Below, piece by piece: positions 41,401-49,771 of a DNA stretch of 57,670 nt. Under the pieces are notes generated by a model, which ran no database searches, was not told the origin of the DNA, and saw only the letters and a list, made by a program, of their open reading frames with translations. The stretch is from Limisphaerales bacterium. GTDB taxonomy: Bacteria > Verrucomicrobiota > Verrucomicrobiia > Limisphaerales > UBA11358. The DNA is taken from NCBI GenBank assembly GCA_052140285.1, contig JBKQUF010000154.1, positions 1 to 57,670 on the forward strand, written 5' to 3'. Numbering within the stretch: position 1 is the first letter of the stretch; every line of letters starts with the position of its first letter. Position numbers and translations under genes: made by a program.

Positions 41401-42292
41401 GCTCACGGCCGCCGGTTTCCATCCGGAGATCGTCGTCGCGTCGGGGCTGCCTCCCGTGACCGGCATCAACCAGGTCGCCCGTTCATTTCCCTTGCCGGAT
41501 GATTTTCAAATCCCGCTGGTCAGGATTTCCGTGGAGGGCGACGATTATTATTTGAATGATACCGATCAGTATTCGCAGTTGGGCACCACCGGCTCCAACG
41601 GCAAGCTCGCGATTGCGCTGGCCACTCAAAAATTGCAGACGATTCATGCCGCCAAAAATTGCGCGGACAAGACCGAGACGGATTACGCCGTCACGCTCTC
41701 GCCGGACGGCCGGGCCATGATCAAGGTCTCCAAATATTTTTACGGCCAGGATTACAATGCCGCGCACAAGATGTTTGCGGAATTGCCGCCCGAGGAGCGA
41801 AATCATTATTTCCAGGAGGCGGTTTCCCGCGTGGCGCAGGGCGCCCAAGCCGTCGGCGACTTGACCACCCGCTTTGATGCCTATCCCGGCTTGGAGGAGT
41901 TTATCGTTGAACTGGACAATTACGGCGTGTTGGGCGGGAACTATCTTTATTTCAACCTGCCGTTTGCATTTTCATTTTTCAACATCGCTTCCGACCAGCG
42001 TTCGTTGCCGCTTTTCATCGCGGACAATAATGAAAACATCCTCCGCGCCGAAATTGGCTTTCCGCCAGGCTACCGCCCGACCAGCATCCTACCCAAAAGC
42101 GAAACCTTCACCGCTCCGGGCGGCTCCCAAGTCCGCATCACGCGGACCGTGGCGGACGGAAAATGTGTGGTGACCGACGATTTCACCGCCGCTCCGGCCG
42201 TCATTAGCGCGCAAAATTATTCGAAGCTGCTGGACGTCCAATCCGCCCTGGGCGAAAAATCGGAGAAAACCTTTTTGCTGGAGCGGGAATAA
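38468..42292 (+). CDS. Exported protein with two tandem DUF3857/transglutaminase-like modules
   Basis: Signal peptide MKKLV...ALA; QLDVGDIV and GMDVGSVIE repeats; triad motifs GVCRDKA, FNHVI, LMDPT in module 1. Confidence 0.82.
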   Translation: MKKLVLKFILSAMVLAAGPALAGDTNFVGAEWSPVDLQPVLAAAAQITPAQYPNCDSAIVEEKSVRDYAPDGTGECQDETFTKVLTEKGKRDNREFSMSLMLPYFTVSVPKLEIIKPDGTIVPVDVAANSKETIDESQMSENIYDPNMRIFTVNVPQLDVGDIVHVVARQLTQRSIMPAEFDDENILEGSSSIRHWSYEVFAPTNLPLVSLGLRDQVPGTVTSTIQTNGATVDYHWEINNVPRMFDEPNMPPYDEVLQRLFVSTVPTWQDVSKWYWNLSKPHLDAYTPEMEQEVGKLIAGSTNDLDKIKALFYYVSRNIEYMGVTTETNRPGFEPHDVCITFENKYGVCRDKAGLLVEMLRLGGFQAYPVLINIGAKRDQQVPQPDFNHVIVGVELTPGHYTLMDPTDEHTRELLPAPDCNRSYLVCKPEGETLLISPVPPADRHMLLVKTTGTLDADGTLSATAEFSFDGVNDDAYRNAFSQMRPDEIKQFFEGRLKEAIPDFKLVSLKLTPENMMDITVPLRAELTYTASGLTANGGDKSIVSLPWIAKDLGVANRVLIDVVGLQKRKYPLETEVTCGIREEMSLKLTGRFSTPLDVPEFASVNDDSIAYGENISVTNGTLSGSREFVLKTVEFYPDEYLRLKQALKDMDHDMRKNLIMSLSSSVPEKLVAANASPESLGDSDAEILYSHESLEIKDAHTAVYHVKYSKRILTYNGKITESEVKISYNPACSDAKIIHATVISSDGTRHEISAAEINAMDDAWNPGAKRYTGGKVLVASLPGMDVGSVIEVEYEITMHDLPYLADFESFQFPETLDQKSFTVTAPAGLKFSSFVSGAPGTVNQSNKTSNGMISYEWQATNIEALPSEQQLPPTWTYDSGVEYFAGNISDYWKALNDAMLGHAQNGTHAAALARQLTASAKTKLDAVKAIRDFIAQNIRNGGPSFTELPLSELSDADTTLADGYGHAADRAILFYAMLTAAGFHPEIVVASGLPPVTGINQVARSFPLPDDFQIPLVRISVEGDDYYLNDTDQYSQLGTTGSNGKLAIALATQKLQTIHAAKNCADKTETDYAVTLSPDGRAMIKVSKYFYGQDYNAAHKMFAELPPEERNHYFQEAVSRVAQGAQAVGDLTTRFDAYPGLEEFIVELDNYGVLGGNYLYFNLPFAFSFFNIASDQRSLPLFIADNNENILRAEIGFPPGYRPTSILPKSETFTAPGGSQVRITRTVADGKCVVTDDFTAAPAVISAQNYSKLLDVQSALGEKSEKTFLLERE

Positions 42293-42297
42293 ACGGT

Positions 42298-43908
42298 TTA
42301 ATTGCGCCGCACTACTTCCATTCCGACCAGGCAGACATCATCTTCAAACTCGTGATTGATGGAGAAGGAGCGGACGGCGTCGAGCAGTTCGTCAAATAGC
42401 TGGTTGGCGGGCTTGGCGATCAGCTCTTCGACATCCACCATCAAACGCTGTTGCGAGTACAGTTCCTCGTTTAGCCCCTGTACTTCGAACAAGCCGTCGG
42501 TGAACAGCATGACCAGGTCGCCGGGTTTCAGTTGGATTTCAGTGGTCTGATACGGCGGATCGTCGAACAGTCCCAGCGCCGGCTCGCCGTGGCCGGACAC
42601 GTTCGCGAGGGTGATGACCGAACCTTCCGGGCGGCGCACCAGCAACGGCTTGGGATGCCCCGCGTTGGCGAAACGCATCAAGCCCGTCCGCCAGTTCGCG
42701 GTGAGATAAAAAGCCGTGGTGAGCATGGGGGAGCCGGTGCTTTTCAAAATGTTGCACAAATCGGTGTTCAGCTTGCGCAGAAAAATTCCCGGGTCGCGCG
42801 CGAACGGCTTCAGTTCCTCCGCCAGCGCCCGGATCATGGCGGTGACCAGCGCGGCGCGCACGCCATGGCCGGTGACGTCGCAAATAAACACCCCCACTTC
42901 CTCCTCTGAAATCGCGCTGACGCTGAAAAAATCGCCGCTGACCGCCTCGGCCGCCTGATAACGATGAGTGAACTGAAGGGTGCTTTGTTCCGGCGGGACC
43001 TTCGGCGGGAAGACCGGATACTGCTGCGGCAGCATGGTGAGCTGGATTTCCCGCGCCATGCGCAGGTTGTCCTCCATCAACTGGTTTTTCGCGCGCAACT
43101 CTTCGCGGCTGCGGGACAACTCGGCGGTGGCGCGGCGGATTTGATCCTCCGCCTCTTTGCGTTCGGTGATGTCCTCAACCGTGCCCTCGTAGTACAGCAA
43201 TCTGCCCTCGGCATCCCGAACCGCGCGGCAGTTTTCTGAAATCCAGATGATCGTATCGTCCTTTCGGTAAATCTTCGATTCAAAACCGCTCAAGGTGTCA
43301 TGCAATTGCATCAACCGGACAAATTCCTCCCGCCGTCCCTCCTCCACGTAAAGCCGGCGGGCAATGTCCGTGATGCTCGCCATCAGTTCCGCCGGGGAAT
43401 CGTAGCCGTAAATTCGCGCCAGCGCGACGTTGGCCAGCAAATAATGCCCGTCCGGCGTGGTGCGAAAAATTCCTTCCACCAAATGGTCGAAGACGCCGTA
43501 GTAATTTTCCTTTTCCCGGACCAGCGCCATGCGCTCGTTCTGGCGCTCGATCGCGCCGGTAATCGCGTGATGCAAAACCGGAGCGTCCAATTTTTCCATG
43601 CGAAGACAGTCTTGCGCGCCGGCCCGGATGACTTCTGCCACCAGTTTGCCACCGTCGTTTCCGGTCAGAACGATGATCGGGAGATGCGGTGCCTGCACGG
43701 CCAGCAACGTCAGCAAGTCCAGGCCGTCTTTCGTATCGGCCAATTCAAACAATGCCACCTCGGCCGGGTGGTGGGACAGTTGCGCGAGGGCGGCATTCAC
43801 CGTCGGCGCGGTGGAAAAATCCACAGGCCCGCCTTCGCGCAACAAACCACCCAGGCCGTGAGCCAGTTGTTCGTCGAGGCCAATAAAGAGAATTTTCAGC
43901 AAGCTCAT
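42298..43908 (-). CDS. Receiver-like + PAS + SpoIIE/PP2C phosphatase (RsbU/RsbP-like)
   Basis: PAS (EGIFRTTPDG...YEGTVEDITERK); AREIQ, VSGDFF, CDVTGHG, NAGHP, FTDGL, DDVCL. Confidence 0.9.
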   Translation of the reverse strand: MSLLKILFIGLDEQLAHGLGGLLREGGPVDFSTAPTVNAALAQLSHHPAEVALFELADTKDGLDLLTLLAVQAPHLPIIVLTGNDGGKLVAEVIRAGAQDCLRMEKLDAPVLHHAITGAIERQNERMALVREKENYYGVFDHLVEGIFRTTPDGHYLLANVALARIYGYDSPAELMASITDIARRLYVEEGRREEFVRLMQLHDTLSGFESKIYRKDDTIIWISENCRAVRDAEGRLLYYEGTVEDITERKEAEDQIRRATAELSRSREELRAKNQLMEDNLRMAREIQLTMLPQQYPVFPPKVPPEQSTLQFTHRYQAAEAVSGDFFSVSAISEEEVGVFICDVTGHGVRAALVTAMIRALAEELKPFARDPGIFLRKLNTDLCNILKSTGSPMLTTAFYLTANWRTGLMRFANAGHPKPLLVRRPEGSVITLANVSGHGEPALGLFDDPPYQTTEIQLKPGDLVMLFTDGLFEVQGLNEELYSQQRLMVDVEELIAKPANQLFDELLDAVRSFSINHEFEDDVCLVGMEVVRRN

Positions 43909-44047
43909 CGTGGCGATGTCAAATCGTGTCGCCGCCAAAAATCATACCTTTTTGCGGGACAGTCGCAAGCGAGTAGCGCAAGGGTGGTTTGCCGCGATTC
44001 GCCTTTCCAAAACCGGGAACGCCATTTATCCTGTTTTTGCTGAAAAA

Positions 44048-45400
44048 ATGCCGAGCGTTTTCATCAAGACCTACGGATGCCAGATGAACGAGCGCGATAG
44101 CGAGGCCGTGGCCGCGCAACTCGTCGCCCGCGGATATTCCCTGGCATCGTCCGAAAGCGTTGCCGACGTGGTCCTGCTCAACACCTGCAGCGTTCGGGAT
44201 TTTGCGGAGCAAAAGGCGCTGAACAAGATGAAAACACTCGCCGGCAAAGCCGCCAAGGAGCGTCACCACCAGATTTTTGGATTCATGGGGTGCATGGCGC
44301 AAAGCCGCGGACGAGAGTTGATTGACCGGTTGCCGGACGTTGATCTGGTCCTGGGCACCCAGAAGTTTCATCGCGCTGCGGATTACCTTGACGAAATCCT
44401 TTCCGGCTCGCGCGAAAAAATCGTGGACGTGGACGGCGAAAAGAACAGTGAGTCCACCATTCGCGAACATTTGCTCAATGGAAATTCCAGGAAATCGGTC
44501 ACCGCGTTTGTCAGCATCATGCAGGGCTGCAATCAATACTGCACGTTCTGCATTGTTCCGTACACGCGCGGAGAGGAGCGCAGCCGTTCCATTCCCGATA
44601 TTGTCGCCGAATGCCGCGAACTGGCCTCGCAGGGTGTCAAGGAAATCACCCTGCTCGGGCAAATCGTCACCAGTTATGGCAAGCGTGAAATTCCGGTGAA
44701 AGATGGCAAGACCGCGTTCGTGCAGTTGCTTGAAGCCGTCCATGAAATCGACAGCCTGGAACGCCTCCGGTTTACTTCGCCGCACCCCAAGGGATATGGC
44801 GATGACCTGATCGACGCCTTTGCGCGCCTGCCCAAACTCTGTGAATGTGCGCACCTGCCGGTTCAGAGCGGGAGCGACCGGATTTTGAAATTGATGCACC
44901 GCGGCTACACCCGCGGGAAATTCATGGGCATCGTCCGCAAATTGCGCGCCGCCCAACTGCGGATTGGCATCACCACGGACCTCATCGTCGGTTTCCCTGG
45001 CGAAACGGAGGCGGACTTTGAAGAAACCCTGTCACTGGCGCGCGAGGCGCAATTTGACAACGCCTTCATTTTCAAATACTCTCCGCGCCGCAACACTCCT
45101 GCCGCCGACATGCCCGGCCAGGTGCCGCAGGAAATCCGTGAAGAGCGCAACCAGGTCCTTTTGGAAGCCATCAACGAAATCGCCGCCGCCAAATACGAAA
45201 ATTTTGTCGGGCGGGGCGCTGAAATCCTCGTTGAAGGTCCCAGCAAGAAGAACCCCGCCCGGATGACCGGACGGACGCGTTGCAACAAAATTGTCGTTTT
45301 CGACGGCGGCGAACGTCATCGGGGCAAAATTTTGGATTTAAAAATCCTGCGCGCCGGTTCGTTCACCCTTTACGGTGACCCGGCGATTGTGAATTTGTGA
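44048..45400 (+). CDS. miaB: tRNA methylthiotransferase MiaB
   Basis: TYGCQMNERDSE, NTCSVR, GCMAQ, CNQYCTFC, FTSPHP, C-terminal TRAM. Confidence 0.97.
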   Translation: MPSVFIKTYGCQMNERDSEAVAAQLVARGYSLASSESVADVVLLNTCSVRDFAEQKALNKMKTLAGKAAKERHHQIFGFMGCMAQSRGRELIDRLPDVDLVLGTQKFHRAADYLDEILSGSREKIVDVDGEKNSESTIREHLLNGNSRKSVTAFVSIMQGCNQYCTFCIVPYTRGEERSRSIPDIVAECRELASQGVKEITLLGQIVTSYGKREIPVKDGKTAFVQLLEAVHEIDSLERLRFTSPHPKGYGDDLIDAFARLPKLCECAHLPVQSGSDRILKLMHRGYTRGKFMGIVRKLRAAQLRIGITTDLIVGFPGETEADFEETLSLAREAQFDNAFIFKYSPRRNTPAADMPGQVPQEIREERNQVLLEAINEIAAAKYENFVGRGAEILVEGPSKKNPARMTGRTRCNKIVVFDGGERHRGKILDLKILRAGSFTLYGDPAIVNL

Positions 45401-45411
45401 ACGTTTTCCGG

Positions 45412-45852
45412 TCAACCGTTCATGCCCATGAGTCGGGCGATTTTTCCCTGGCGGTGGTCAAATGTCAGAAAAACTCCGGCGGACAAGGACCACGCCGCCG
45501 CCAAATGCCAGAGGTCAAAGGCGGTGTGTCTTTCTTTCCAACCGTGCGTTTCCCCCAAGGATCGGGCCATCGCCACCGAATCTTTAATGTCCACGTCCTT
45601 GCGGAGCAGGACTTTCCCGGTCACGGCGCGATCAAAACGATTGATGACCCGGCGGGCGATGTGTTCGGGCACGGGATCATGGGCACGATGAGTAGCCGCC
45701 CGGACGGCGGCGGGCAATTCCAACAGGTGAACTTCGCACACCACGAAATCATGGCCAACCAGTTTTCCGGCGGAAACGCGGGCGACGGAGTGTTTTTCGT
45801 CGTCCTCGTTCAGATAACTTAACAGCCAACTGGTGTCGCAATAGACAATCAC
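45412..45852 (-). CDS. PIN-domain toxin (VapC family)
   Basis: YCDTS, LLE, DLWHLAAA, FLTFDHRQ; GTGA overlap with the upstream small gene. Confidence 0.85.
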   Translation of the reverse strand: MIVYCDTSWLLSYLNEDDEKHSVARVSAGKLVGHDFVVCEVHLLELPAAVRAATHRAHDPVPEHIARRVINRFDRAVTGKVLLRKDVDIKDSVAMARSLGETHGWKERHTAFDLWHLAAAWSLSAGVFLTFDHRQGKIARLMGMNG

Positions 45853-46088
45853 TCCCGCTCCTCCAAAAGCGCGCGAGCCAGATTAGTCTTGGACCGTTTT
45901 CCTTGGGCCGGGATTTCGCGGAAAATCCGGTCCATCTCTTCGTTGAAGTTGACCGGGCCGGGATCGATCCGGGTCAGTTCGAACCGCTTGCCGCCGCGCT
46001 TCTCAATCACCACGGACTGCCCGGGGGAAAGGTTTTCCTCCGGGGCTCCATGCCTCAATTGCCGCCCGGTGATGCGTTTGGTTGCCAT
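45849..46088 (-). CDS. Putative antitoxin (Phd/YefM-like)
   Basis: 79 aa, directly upstream of and coupled to the PIN gene; ITGRQLRH...VVIEKRGG; ends LLEERE. Confidence 0.7.
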   Translation of the reverse strand: MATKRITGRQLRHGAPEENLSPGQSVVIEKRGGKRFELTRIDPGPVNFNEEMDRIFREIPAQGKRSKTNLARALLEERE

Positions 46089-46093
46089 AGTGC

Positions 46094-46126
46094 TAACATG
46101 TTATGTTAAACAAACCGCAACGTCAA
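46094..46126 (-). promoter_or_regulatory. Sigma70-type promoter of the TA operon with overlapping palindrome
   Basis: Minus strand TTGACG-17 bp-TAACAT, 9 nt before ATG; TAACATGTTA palindrome at 46094-46103. Confidence 0.7.
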
Positions 46127-46246
46127 GAAGTTATAAAATGCGAGAGAATTGACGCCTCAGCGACCAAGCGCAAAACCACATCAACGCGCCACCGGATTTG
46201 CTGATTTACTTTGCCGGCGCGGCATTGGTCTGGACCTCACTGCCGT

Positions 46247-49200
46247 TCAGAAAAAATCTTCCAGGCTGCGGATGGGATGCAAGGGCAGGAGCAGGAGCCG
46301 GGGCAAAACATAAACCGGCTGGTCCTTGGGATTTTCCAGGTTGCCGGTGACTTTATATTCGAAAATTTTCGTCACCGGAAACAGCACGGTGCTGATGACC
46401 GGCCCCACCGCCGGCACGTTATGGAGCAGTTGCGCCGTGACCCGCGCGTTCACGTTCTGCTGCAAATCCACCGTGCCGGCATATTGCAGGCGCGTTGAAC
46501 CGGTGTTGATTTGCAAATTGTCCGAATAAATCACGCCATTGGCCATGGTAAAATCGCCGCTGGCTTCAGTTGCCCGGCTGTTGCCGAGATCTGGCGCGAC
46601 CTGATTTAATGCCGTGGAAAAGAAACCAAAAACCGGAATGTCCCACAGCAAACCATCGCGCAATTGCGCCTGGCCGTAACCGTTCACCGAATGCCAGTCC
46701 TCGGTGCTGGCGTGTGTCACCACAATCTTTCCGCTCAAGGCGCCTTTGAGATGATTCGTCGGCGACGACAGGTCGGAGGCCAGCCCGTAAAGGTCCACGT
46801 TGGTGATATTCATCCAACACTCATAATCCGCCCCCTCGTGCGGCACGCGGAAATCAAAATCGGCGTAACCGGTTCCGTTCCCGCCGTAAAGCTGGGCTGC
46901 AACATTGGTCAGAATCAAGTTTTGACCGAGCCAAAGGATTGTTCCAGTCAGGAGGGAGGCGCGAAACTTGTGGGTTTCGAATGGAGCGCCGCGTACGACA
47001 TCAAAACGCACATTTATGTCGTCGCGCCCTTCCACATCTCCCAACGGCGCGCACCCGTTTACCAGCACGGTTGGCGCCTCCAAATACCGATAGGGCGCCA
47101 TAATCTCAGCGGTTTTCGGCCCAATCGCAGCCGCGACCGCCTGTGGTTCGGCGGTGCTGTATCCGTTTTTGAACCAAATCAACCGGGTGTTGAAATTCAG
47201 CGTGATTTCATCAGCCGTCATCGTTTCCGGCCCGCGCCACAATCGGGAATTGAAAAATTTCAGGACCCGGTTCGTATAGGAAAAATCGCCGGCGACATTG
47301 TCCACGTGCTGCTCCCGGACGGCAAAATTGGTGCAGGCCAGATGCCCGGACGCGGCCAGACTGTCCGTATCACTCAAGCGGCCGGAGAAGTGCGCGGTAA
47401 AGTAAACCGGCTCGGCGGCTGAAAGATGACTAAAAACACGTCCGGCATCCTTGGGCGGGAGGAAGGACCGCAAAGTCTCCGGGTCAAACGTCCCGCGAAT
47501 CTGCCAATCATAGCCCTGGGTGGCGTCATTCACTGTGCCATTGGCTTCAACCTGCGTTTTGAATTGTGAGAAGCTCATCGAAGGGAACCGCCAAAGCCGA
47601 TTGGAATAGGAAAATTCGGCGGACACGGAGTCAATCGGCGTGTCTTGGATTGTCCCATTCGTGTAGAAAAAATCCCCGGCGACGTTGTCCATGTGCTGCT
47701 CCCGGACGGCAAAATTGGTGCAGGCCAAATGCCCGGACGCGGCCAGGCTGTCCAAATCATTCAAGCGCCCCGAGACCCGCGCTGTAAAATGAACCGGCTC
47801 GGTGGCTGAAAAATGGCTAAAAATGCGCCCGGTATCTTTTGGCAGCAGGAAAGACCGCAAAGTCTCCGGGTCAAACGCCCCGCAAATCTGCCAATCATAG
47901 TTCTTGGTGGCGTCATTCACGGTGCCGTTGGCTTCCACCTGTGTTTTGAATTGCGTGAGGCTCATGGAAGAGACCCGCCAAAGCCGATTGGAATAGGAAA
48001 ATTGGGCGGCCACGGAATCAATCGGCACGTCCTGAATCGCCCCATTCGTGATGGCCAGCTCGCCGTCCAATCGTATCGTCGGCAGCACTGCCGCGCTCCA
48101 ATTGGCGTCGTGATTCGTCCATGCGGGAAGAAGCATTGAGCCGCCCACCCGCAGATGCGGCGGCTCCGTCCAGGTAAACTCCGCGAATCGTGCGCGCGCT
48201 TCTTTCGCGAGAAAGGGATTCACCACATGAAGATCAAAGTCCGATGAATTGGTGAAGGCCAGCGCGCGGCTGGCCACATTCAATTCCGCATCCGCGTTCA
48301 ACCTTCCGCCGTCGAGTTTCGCGGCCAGGTTCGTTACGGCCAATATCGGCGCATTCCAATACCCCGCGACCGAGATGGCGTGGGCGTTTAAAAACTGGCC
48401 GTTCACCCGCTGCAACTTCATCGTCCAGAACAGCCGGTAAGGATGGAGATTTGTCCAAAAATCCTCCGACGCATCGATATTGGTGGAGGCGTTGGCCGGC
48501 GCTGTCAGCCGGGCGGCCAGTTGAAACTGATCGGCATCGCCCCACGCCGTCCGCACGAATGGCGCCGCGGCATTCAGCCGCACGTAAAAGGAATGGATGT
48601 TGAGGGCGTCTCCGTAAACATTCAGGGACAACAAGGCGGGTCCGCCGAAATGAACTTTTTGAAGCGCCTCGGAGAATTGTTGCAATTGCTCGCGCGCCTC
48701 CTGGGCGTTGCCGGTTCTTTTTCCACGGAATATTTCCCAATTCGGGATTTCGCGCCCGTTGGCCACCTCGCCCGACAAGCTCAATTGCACGCCGTCGAAA
48801 TCCGCCTTGAAGTCGTTCAGCGACCACACGTCATTGGTCGGCAGTTCCAAATCGGCCTGGATGTTTGTGAGCGCCAGTGCGTTCGTATCGGACAACGGCA
48901 AAATAAAACTGCCGTTGTGAACGACCAGGCCGTCCAGTTGCAATTGCCGGTGCCAGGCGGCGCGGTAATCGATCTCCAGGGCCACCTGGCGCGCCGAGAC
49001 CACGGGACTTTCCGGTGTCTGGGGCTGGCCAATATGAACATTGTCCGCGACCAACCCGCGGGTAAAGCTCAAATGTATCCGCGTGAAATGCAGCTCCAGA
49101 CCGTGCTGATGGAGCGATTCCACCAGCCCGTTGGTGAAAAATGAGGGCAGGCCGACCCGGTCGAACCAGATGACGGCACAGAGCCCCGCCAGCAGCGCAA

Positions 49201-49264
49201 ACAGCGCGGCGCGGCGAAGCCAGCGGATGCACATGCGGCATTTGCGCCAGAAGTCCCTTTGCAT
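46247..49264 (-). CDS. AsmA-like (bridge-like lipid transfer) envelope protein with a 129-aa internal tandem duplication
   Basis: N-terminal TM anchor; beta-rich repeats; AsmA-like C-terminus (LYGGNGTG, GLLWDIPVFG, KIFEYKVTGNLENPK). Confidence 0.8.
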   Translation of the reverse strand: MQRDFWRKCRMCIRWLRRAALFALLAGLCAVIWFDRVGLPSFFTNGLVESLHQHGLELHFTRIHLSFTRGLVADNVHIGQPQTPESPVVSARQVALEIDYRAAWHRQLQLDGLVVHNGSFILPLSDTNALALTNIQADLELPTNDVWSLNDFKADFDGVQLSLSGEVANGREIPNWEIFRGKRTGNAQEAREQLQQFSEALQKVHFGGPALLSLNVYGDALNIHSFYVRLNAAAPFVRTAWGDADQFQLAARLTAPANASTNIDASEDFWTNLHPYRLFWTMKLQRVNGQFLNAHAISVAGYWNAPILAVTNLAAKLDGGRLNADAELNVASRALAFTNSSDFDLHVVNPFLAKEARARFAEFTWTEPPHLRVGGSMLLPAWTNHDANWSAAVLPTIRLDGELAITNGAIQDVPIDSVAAQFSYSNRLWRVSSMSLTQFKTQVEANGTVNDATKNYDWQICGAFDPETLRSFLLPKDTGRIFSHFSATEPVHFTARVSGRLNDLDSLAASGHLACTNFAVREQHMDNVAGDFFYTNGTIQDTPIDSVSAEFSYSNRLWRFPSMSFSQFKTQVEANGTVNDATQGYDWQIRGTFDPETLRSFLPPKDAGRVFSHLSAAEPVYFTAHFSGRLSDTDSLAASGHLACTNFAVREQHVDNVAGDFSYTNRVLKFFNSRLWRGPETMTADEITLNFNTRLIWFKNGYSTAEPQAVAAAIGPKTAEIMAPYRYLEAPTVLVNGCAPLGDVEGRDDINVRFDVVRGAPFETHKFRASLLTGTILWLGQNLILTNVAAQLYGGNGTGYADFDFRVPHEGADYECWMNITNVDLYGLASDLSSPTNHLKGALSGKIVVTHASTEDWHSVNGYGQAQLRDGLLWDIPVFGFFSTALNQVAPDLGNSRATEASGDFTMANGVIYSDNLQINTGSTRLQYAGTVDLQQNVNARVTAQLLHNVPAVGPVISTVLFPVTKIFEYKVTGNLENPKDQPVYVLPRLLLLPLHPIRSLEDFF
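47271..48050 (-). repeat. In-frame tandem duplication, period 387 bp
   Basis: CCAAAGCCGATTGGAATAGGAAAATT at 47591 and 47978; GCTCCCGGACGGCAAAATTGGTGCAGGCCA at 47311 and 47698. Confidence 0.95.
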
Positions 49265-49342
49265 TTCCCGTCATCTTCGCCGGAAAACGGCGCGAACTCA
49301 AGACGCGCCCGTGTCTTGGCATGGGAGCGGGAAGCTTTTGCC

Positions 49343-49771
49343 CTATTCCCCGATGATTTTGACCAGCATATGCTTGCGGCGGCGACCGTCAAATTCCCCG
49401 TAGAAAATCTGCTCCCACGGGCCAAGGTCCAGTTTCCCTTTGGTAATCGCCACCACCACTTCGCGTCCCATGATTTGCCGTTTCATGTGCGCATCCGCGT
49501 TGTCCTCGCCCGTGCGGTTATGCCGGTATTGCGTCGTGGGCGCATGAGGCGCCAGCTTTTCGAGCCATTCATCATAATCCGCAATCAAACCATCTTCCGC
49601 GTCATTGATATAAACGCTGGCGGTGATGTGCATGGCGTTGACCAGGCAGAGACCCTCCTTGACGCCGCTCCGTTGCACAAGTTCCGCAACCGTTTCCGTG
49701 ATATTGAGGTAATCGCGGCGGTGCGGCGTTTCAAACCACAAATGCTCGGTCAAACTTTTCCTCGGATTCAA
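49343..49771 (-). CDS. yjbQ: YjbQ/UPF0047 family protein
   Basis: [40 protein letters not shown]; TTG start overlapping the leuB stop. Confidence 0.9.
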   Translation of the reverse strand: MNPRKSLTEHLWFETPHRRDYLNITETVAELVQRSGVKEGLCLVNAMHITASVYINDAEDGLIADYDEWLEKLAPHAPTTQYRHNRTGEDNADAHMKRQIMGREVVVAITKGKLDLGPWEQIFYGEFDGRRRKHMLVKIIGE

